Source: Psammoneis japonica (lineage: Eukaryota). Taken from it: a stretch of 51,585 nucleotides of DNA. Under the pieces are notes generated by a model. The model saw only the letters and a program-made list of their open reading frames with translations, ran no database searches and was not told the origin of the DNA. The position numbers were made by a program, and so were the translations under genes. This document shows, piece by piece, positions 46,698-51,585 of the stretch (position 1 is the stretch's first letter; each line of letters begins with the position of its first letter). The stretch covers positions 372,001 to 423,585 of the forward strand of contig QPGO01000065.1 in NCBI GenBank assembly GCA_008632985.1, written 5' to 3'.

Positions 46698-49600
46698 AAC
46701 CCCTCCGACAACTGTATTCAGTGTCGTATCAAGGGGGCTTTGGGCCAATGCAGATTAAGGCTTGTGACCCAGATTCTGCCTTTGCGCGAGGAAAATTCCC
46801 CGAACCATCACCGGCAGCGTGTGGGAAGAGGAAGGTGGCAGAGATTGCCGCGGCCCGAATGCTTGCCGATGTGGCGGCGAGTGGGGGTAGCACAGGAAAG
46901 GCAAAGAAGAAGCTCTCCTCTCTTGCGGGTGACGAAAGTCCACCTCCTCATGATGCTGAGAAGGGTCCGGCTGCTAGACGCAACGTGGCAAAGGGGCTCT
47001 CGCTTCAGATCGTGAACCCCGAGTCTCTGGGTGTGCCGCATTCGGGAAACAAGAAAAGGAGGGGTATAGATGGAGAGGCTTCTCCGACAACTCCGTGGGA
47101 TGTGGTCAGTGGCCTTTTTGGAAGGGATATGACGATTGGATATTGATCAGTCTCCTTGGTTTCTTGGGGATGCTCTTTGTTTCTTTGGGATTGTTGGGGA
47201 GTGGCAAGCACAAGTACAATGCGCAACTGTTGCGTTGTACAACACACTCACCCACAACAACTTTTTCTTCTGCATTGAATCAAGTACAAATTGAAGCCTT
47301 GGAGTATGTTTTTCCATATGCAAGGGAGAAATGAATGTCATGGATCATTACGTCAATGATGGACGTGATCTCGGGACGGAATAACGACCCAACAATAGCG
47401 ATGATTCCTTGTATGATTTGAATTTTACACAAGAACAAGATGATGACGAAGAACGAATTCATGTAGTGGTGCATCATCAAGATGACGACAACGAGAGTGA
47501 CGAACTTAACAACAAGAAAAAGCAAGACGTAGAGTTGAGTACCATTCGAGAAACAGACAAACCCAATAGCTCAAGACTGTGATGACAAGGAAGACGACAA
47601 GGACGCTGTCGTGGGCGTTCTTTCGAGGAGTCGACTCAACTACGTCGTCTCGCAATGGCAATGATCCCCTGTCGGGACAAAGCCATACTGCTACCACCGA
47701 AACCCCCGTCGAAGGCAAAGGATTGGAACAAGTTTTTCACAGTGTGTCGGTGTCGGCCATGAGCTCCGGCTTGTTATTAGTATTGGGATTACGGACGGGC
47801 TTTTTTGGAGCGCTTTCCAGTTTTTCCTCGTGGAATTCCAGCATGGTGATGCTGTTGCAAAATGGATGTATTGGACAAGCCGTGGTGGGATACGCGATTG
47901 AATTGCAACTACCCATTGTATCGTATCGGTTTAACCATCATGCGGCGTTGTATTTGTTTGTTTGAAGATGTCGGCGTGAAACCAGACGAGAGATGAGCGA
48001 CGAGAATATGGATTGCGATGGATCTCTGTTGCGGGTAAATCAGAGTCTTTGAGTTCCAAACCTTAATAAGAACGACATTGACGGAAATAGATAGAGCAAG
48101 CCTCTGGATTTCTAGTCCCGGGGCGCAAACAACGAAGCTGGAGCCACAAAATACGCACACTGTCATACAACTAGAGCACAATTCATTTGCCAAAACCCAT
48201 CATCCGAATTGATCAAGCTTCCAATCATACGGTACATAATGAAAGCTCTAGCGTAGAATAAACATTGCATCCACTCAATTCCGTTAGGTTCAAGGTTTCT
48301 TGTACGTAATGAAAATCGATTCAAGCAAGGCGAGGCCGCTTGGTTTCGATGCGCCGCTGCTGTCATCCACAGGACTGAAGAAGTGCTTGGCGGTGTGCTG
48401 ATGCGTTACCTGCAAATTCTGTAGCAACACGCAATGTTGCAGTTGGTGCATCTACCTCTGAAGAGAGCTTCCCATGCATGGAGGGGCATTGGGGGGCTTC
48501 AGGAACCAGCTCACCAACATCCCACCCCCCAACAACCTCCCCCCCCCCCCCACAGCCATCAGCAACTCATCAATGGCAGGGACCCAGTCAGCAAACCCCC
48601 CATGCTGACTCCACCATTGTCAACACCCACACACCTGCCAATGTGCAGCCCCACACTTCATCTCCAACTGCTCCATCTTCATGCCCTGTTTTTCCTTCAG
48701 CACCATCATCATTCCAACACAAGGCCCAGCCCTTCCAATGACAGCTTGGCCCTCCATCTGGAAAATGTTGTTGCTCTGGTTCAGAGTTGATCTGTGCTTG
48801 ACAAGACCCCGGTGTTCTCATGTTCTCAACAAGTGCTCATCAACTGTGTTCAAAAAAATGTGTTCAAAAAGCCTTCAACAACTGAGCCAATCAGCAAAAA
48901 GTGGGAAACAATGCTTGACAAAATTTTGTCTTGCAGTGCATTTGATCTTGACAAGAGATCAACTTTGCAAACATTGACAACAATTCTTTTTATGACCCAC
49001 ATTGTTCCAACAATTGAGCCAGTTGGCAAAGCAAGAAATGACAATGAATGAAATTTTCGACTTGCAAAGAGTTTTGTTTTTAACAACAGCACATTGTTTG
49101 CAGCAACATGCTGTTGTGACTCATGTCTGTCAATGCCCACATTGGTTCACCCCATTAATTTGCTGTTGCCCTCCTGGCTGTGTGTGGCTTGCAATTTGAT
49201 TTGTGCACTCTGTGATTTAGATTTTCTGCACTGAATTATGTTGCAGTCTGTTTCTTGCTCTCTTTTCTCAAGCCCTTTGCTGTCTGCACATGATGCCACC
49301 CTCTTGCAGCTGCACTTGCATGACACTGTGGTGCTCTGCAATTCTGGTGTCCATGAGGATCTTCTGTCATTTCACACTGTGACCTCACACACTCTTGCTT
49401 TTGTTGAAAAGTTTGCTGGGTCAACCAAAGCTTTGCTCACAAAAAAAGAAGAGGGCGCAACAATTGTCAATTCTGGATGTGTTTCATTTTGAATCATCTT
49501 TGCTTTTTGGCACAGCTTCTGCTCACCTTTCTGCATCCCCTGCGGCACTGTCTTCCCATCTTGCTCAGCTTTCATGTCGACATGCCTGAGCTCCAAGATT

Positions 49601-51585
49601 GGCAAAAGTGTCAATTGTTTGCATTGTTCTCATGCATGCATGCTTTCACACCTCACATCCTTTCTCTTGCCTCAGCTTGCCTCTTGACTTCATTTGGCTG
49701 TGCCCAGCCCTTTGCTCTGCTGTTGCCTTCCTGCAAGGCCATCATTGTCAGGATGTTGGGTGGGCTCTCCTGTGTTTTGCATTTTGTGTCTTGTGAGGCA
49801 GTGATGATTTGTTGTTGCACCCACACCAAGCCAGTCAGCCAAGGTGATCAGCATCTGTGTCATTGTCTGGCCATTTTTTTTTCCTCCATGTTTGCCTGCG
49901 CTGTTGCAGGCTTCAATGATTTGAGCTGACTCAAATTTGCAGTTGTGTCAGCAGAAGATCAATGTCTCAGTTTTTGCCACACTTGTGTGGTGTCTTTGCA
50001 GGACAGCAGAGCAGATGCCCAATGCAGTCAGTGCACTTTGTTTTCATGCAGCACAAGGCAGCAGAGCAAGACAAAGACTTGCACTTGCAGCCACTCTCCT
50101 TTGCGCGTCTCCTGGCCCAAGAAAAAATGCTTGCACAAACCCTGGGAAAGAGAGTGCTTTTTCATTGTGACACCAACTCTTCCTATTGGACAAAGCTTCT
50201 TGGCGGTTGCAAAAGCCAAGCTTCTTCCATTTCCTCCAAATCCAGTGCATCAAAGTGGCACGCATGCTGTCGTTGTTGTCAAAGAAAGCTCTGCATCATT
50301 GTCATGTCAATGTGGGAAGAGGACAAGTGAGAACAGTGATCCTTGACAGTGAGGGGCAAGAGAGCATGTCAAACTTCTTCAAAAAAAACAGCACATCATC
50401 ATGGAGTGTGTGCCAATGTTGGACATCTCTCAAGCAAGAGAGATGGCTTCAAGTTGTGCTCAGTCTCAGGCAAGCATAAAATCTGCTGCCATTGCAAAGT
50501 CACTCATCACCATGTTCATTGGCAGAGAAATTGCTGTCATTCACGCCATTGAGATTCTTGGACAGTGGCAGGAGGAAAAAAAGAGGGGGACAAAAACAAT
50601 GGATCACCGTCGAGAAGGACAGGGGCTGAATCCATCAGCACCCAAGCCAAGGGAGTGGTTGACAGATCTGACTGACCCAACGAGCACGGTGCAGCAGCAT
50701 TGCTTGAGGAGCCAATGGGAGAGGGAGGTGAAAGAGCACTGGGGACATGTGCTGGGTGTCCTTTTCACTTGATGTTTTGCTTGCTCCTGAGCCTCAGGGC
50801 GGTGTGGTGGAGCAACAGCTGTCAAGAAGAAGGCTGGGGAAGAAATACTGTAGCATGTCTTAGGCATTCTCTTCATCATCAGCATACGTTTGTATTTGCT
50901 TTATTGTCTTCGATTGTTTTTACTACATCACAGAGAATAAGGTCCGAACCTGAGTGGGACTGTGTCAAGAAAATCCAAGTCATGGCGCCCACCTTTTCGA
51001 TATGCATGGCAACGTAAAGCTCCTCGTATACATTTGCTACTCGAGCAGCAATCTGGGACTGAGCACGTTTCCTCAGAATGGGATCCTTAATGACAGAGTC
51101 GAACGATGGAATGGGAGGCGAATAAAGAGACGCATAGAATTCGCGAATACACGTTTGAACTCTGGAGGTGAAAGACAGGCTGTGATGCATCGTCATGCCT
51201 TCAACATGAACTTGTTGCATACGAGTCCATGCGACCAATAGAGAGCCAATCCTACAAGCTCCAATACTTCTTTCGTGTCATCTTCGACCAAGGCATCAAT
51301 CAATGCTTGTTTCTTATCGGGATCAAGCGATTGAATCTGTTCGTCACCTCTTCCTTGAGCTGCCTTCTGGACCACCAACATGGAAGACTTGATAGTCACG
51401 GCGTCACGCAAAGACTTGCAAGATGACAAAGCAGCTTCACGAGCGTCTCGCAGAGAAACTCCAGCGATAGGGATACTTCAATGCCAGTCGCTCCCCGAAG
51501 GACAGGGTAGGTCAGCTGAAAATCCCGGAGATGCTTTGCGCTCTGTGATTTCTGCCATCATATCGTGTGCATACTGCTTCCGATT
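46698..51585 (+). repeat. Further copy of 29045-33955 after a single-N join (Myb 3' part, FEX, domain D copy at 48430-50845, COG6 3' part)
   Basis: Restarts at aacccctccgacaactg and repeats 45740-46696. Indel density rises toward the window end. Confidence 0.93.
50920..51585 (-). pseudogene. COG6: COG6 3' part, second copy (truncated by window end)
   Basis: FYASLYSPPIPSFDSVIKDPILRKRAQSQIAARVANVYEELY, matching 33280-33955. Confidence 0.85.

Noticed and set aside
45740..47652. Apparent ~960-bp tandem duplication around position 46697
   Set aside because: The copies are separated by a single N and the downstream part becomes indel-rich, so this is most likely two overlapping contig ends joined by scaffolding.

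Overview
Eukaryotic nuclear DNA, most likely from a diatom. The evidence is a plastid/thylakoid-targeted protein, a diatom-type Ty3/gypsy gag, a SHAQKYF-class Myb, COG6 and GT-AG introns. Only a few genes look intact: a thylakoid-lumen-type protein (7522-8187), a secreted/membrane-anchored mutarotase-like protein (8584-10062) and one spliced orphan present in two copies. The rest is pseudogene fragments (HDAC, USP, ValRS, Myb, FEX/CrcB, COG6, LRR, ankyrin), MITEs, tandem arrays, a gag relic and a large near-identical duplication (22600 onward vs 39299 onward, with a contig join at the N at 46697). The most striking signal is six sharply bounded multi-kb domains from which the dinucleotide TpA has been almost erased (about 1-5260, 10620-12900, 16670-21760, 30790-33200, 35520-38370 and 48430-50845). 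Proteins inside them show Tyr->Cys/His, Leu->Pro/Ser and Ile->Met at conserved positions, which is what TA->TG/CA mutation predicts. This looks like a repeat- or heterochromatin-targeted A:T->G:C hypermutation process running opposite to fungal RIP. All counts are by hand and all family calls are from motif recognition, not database searches.
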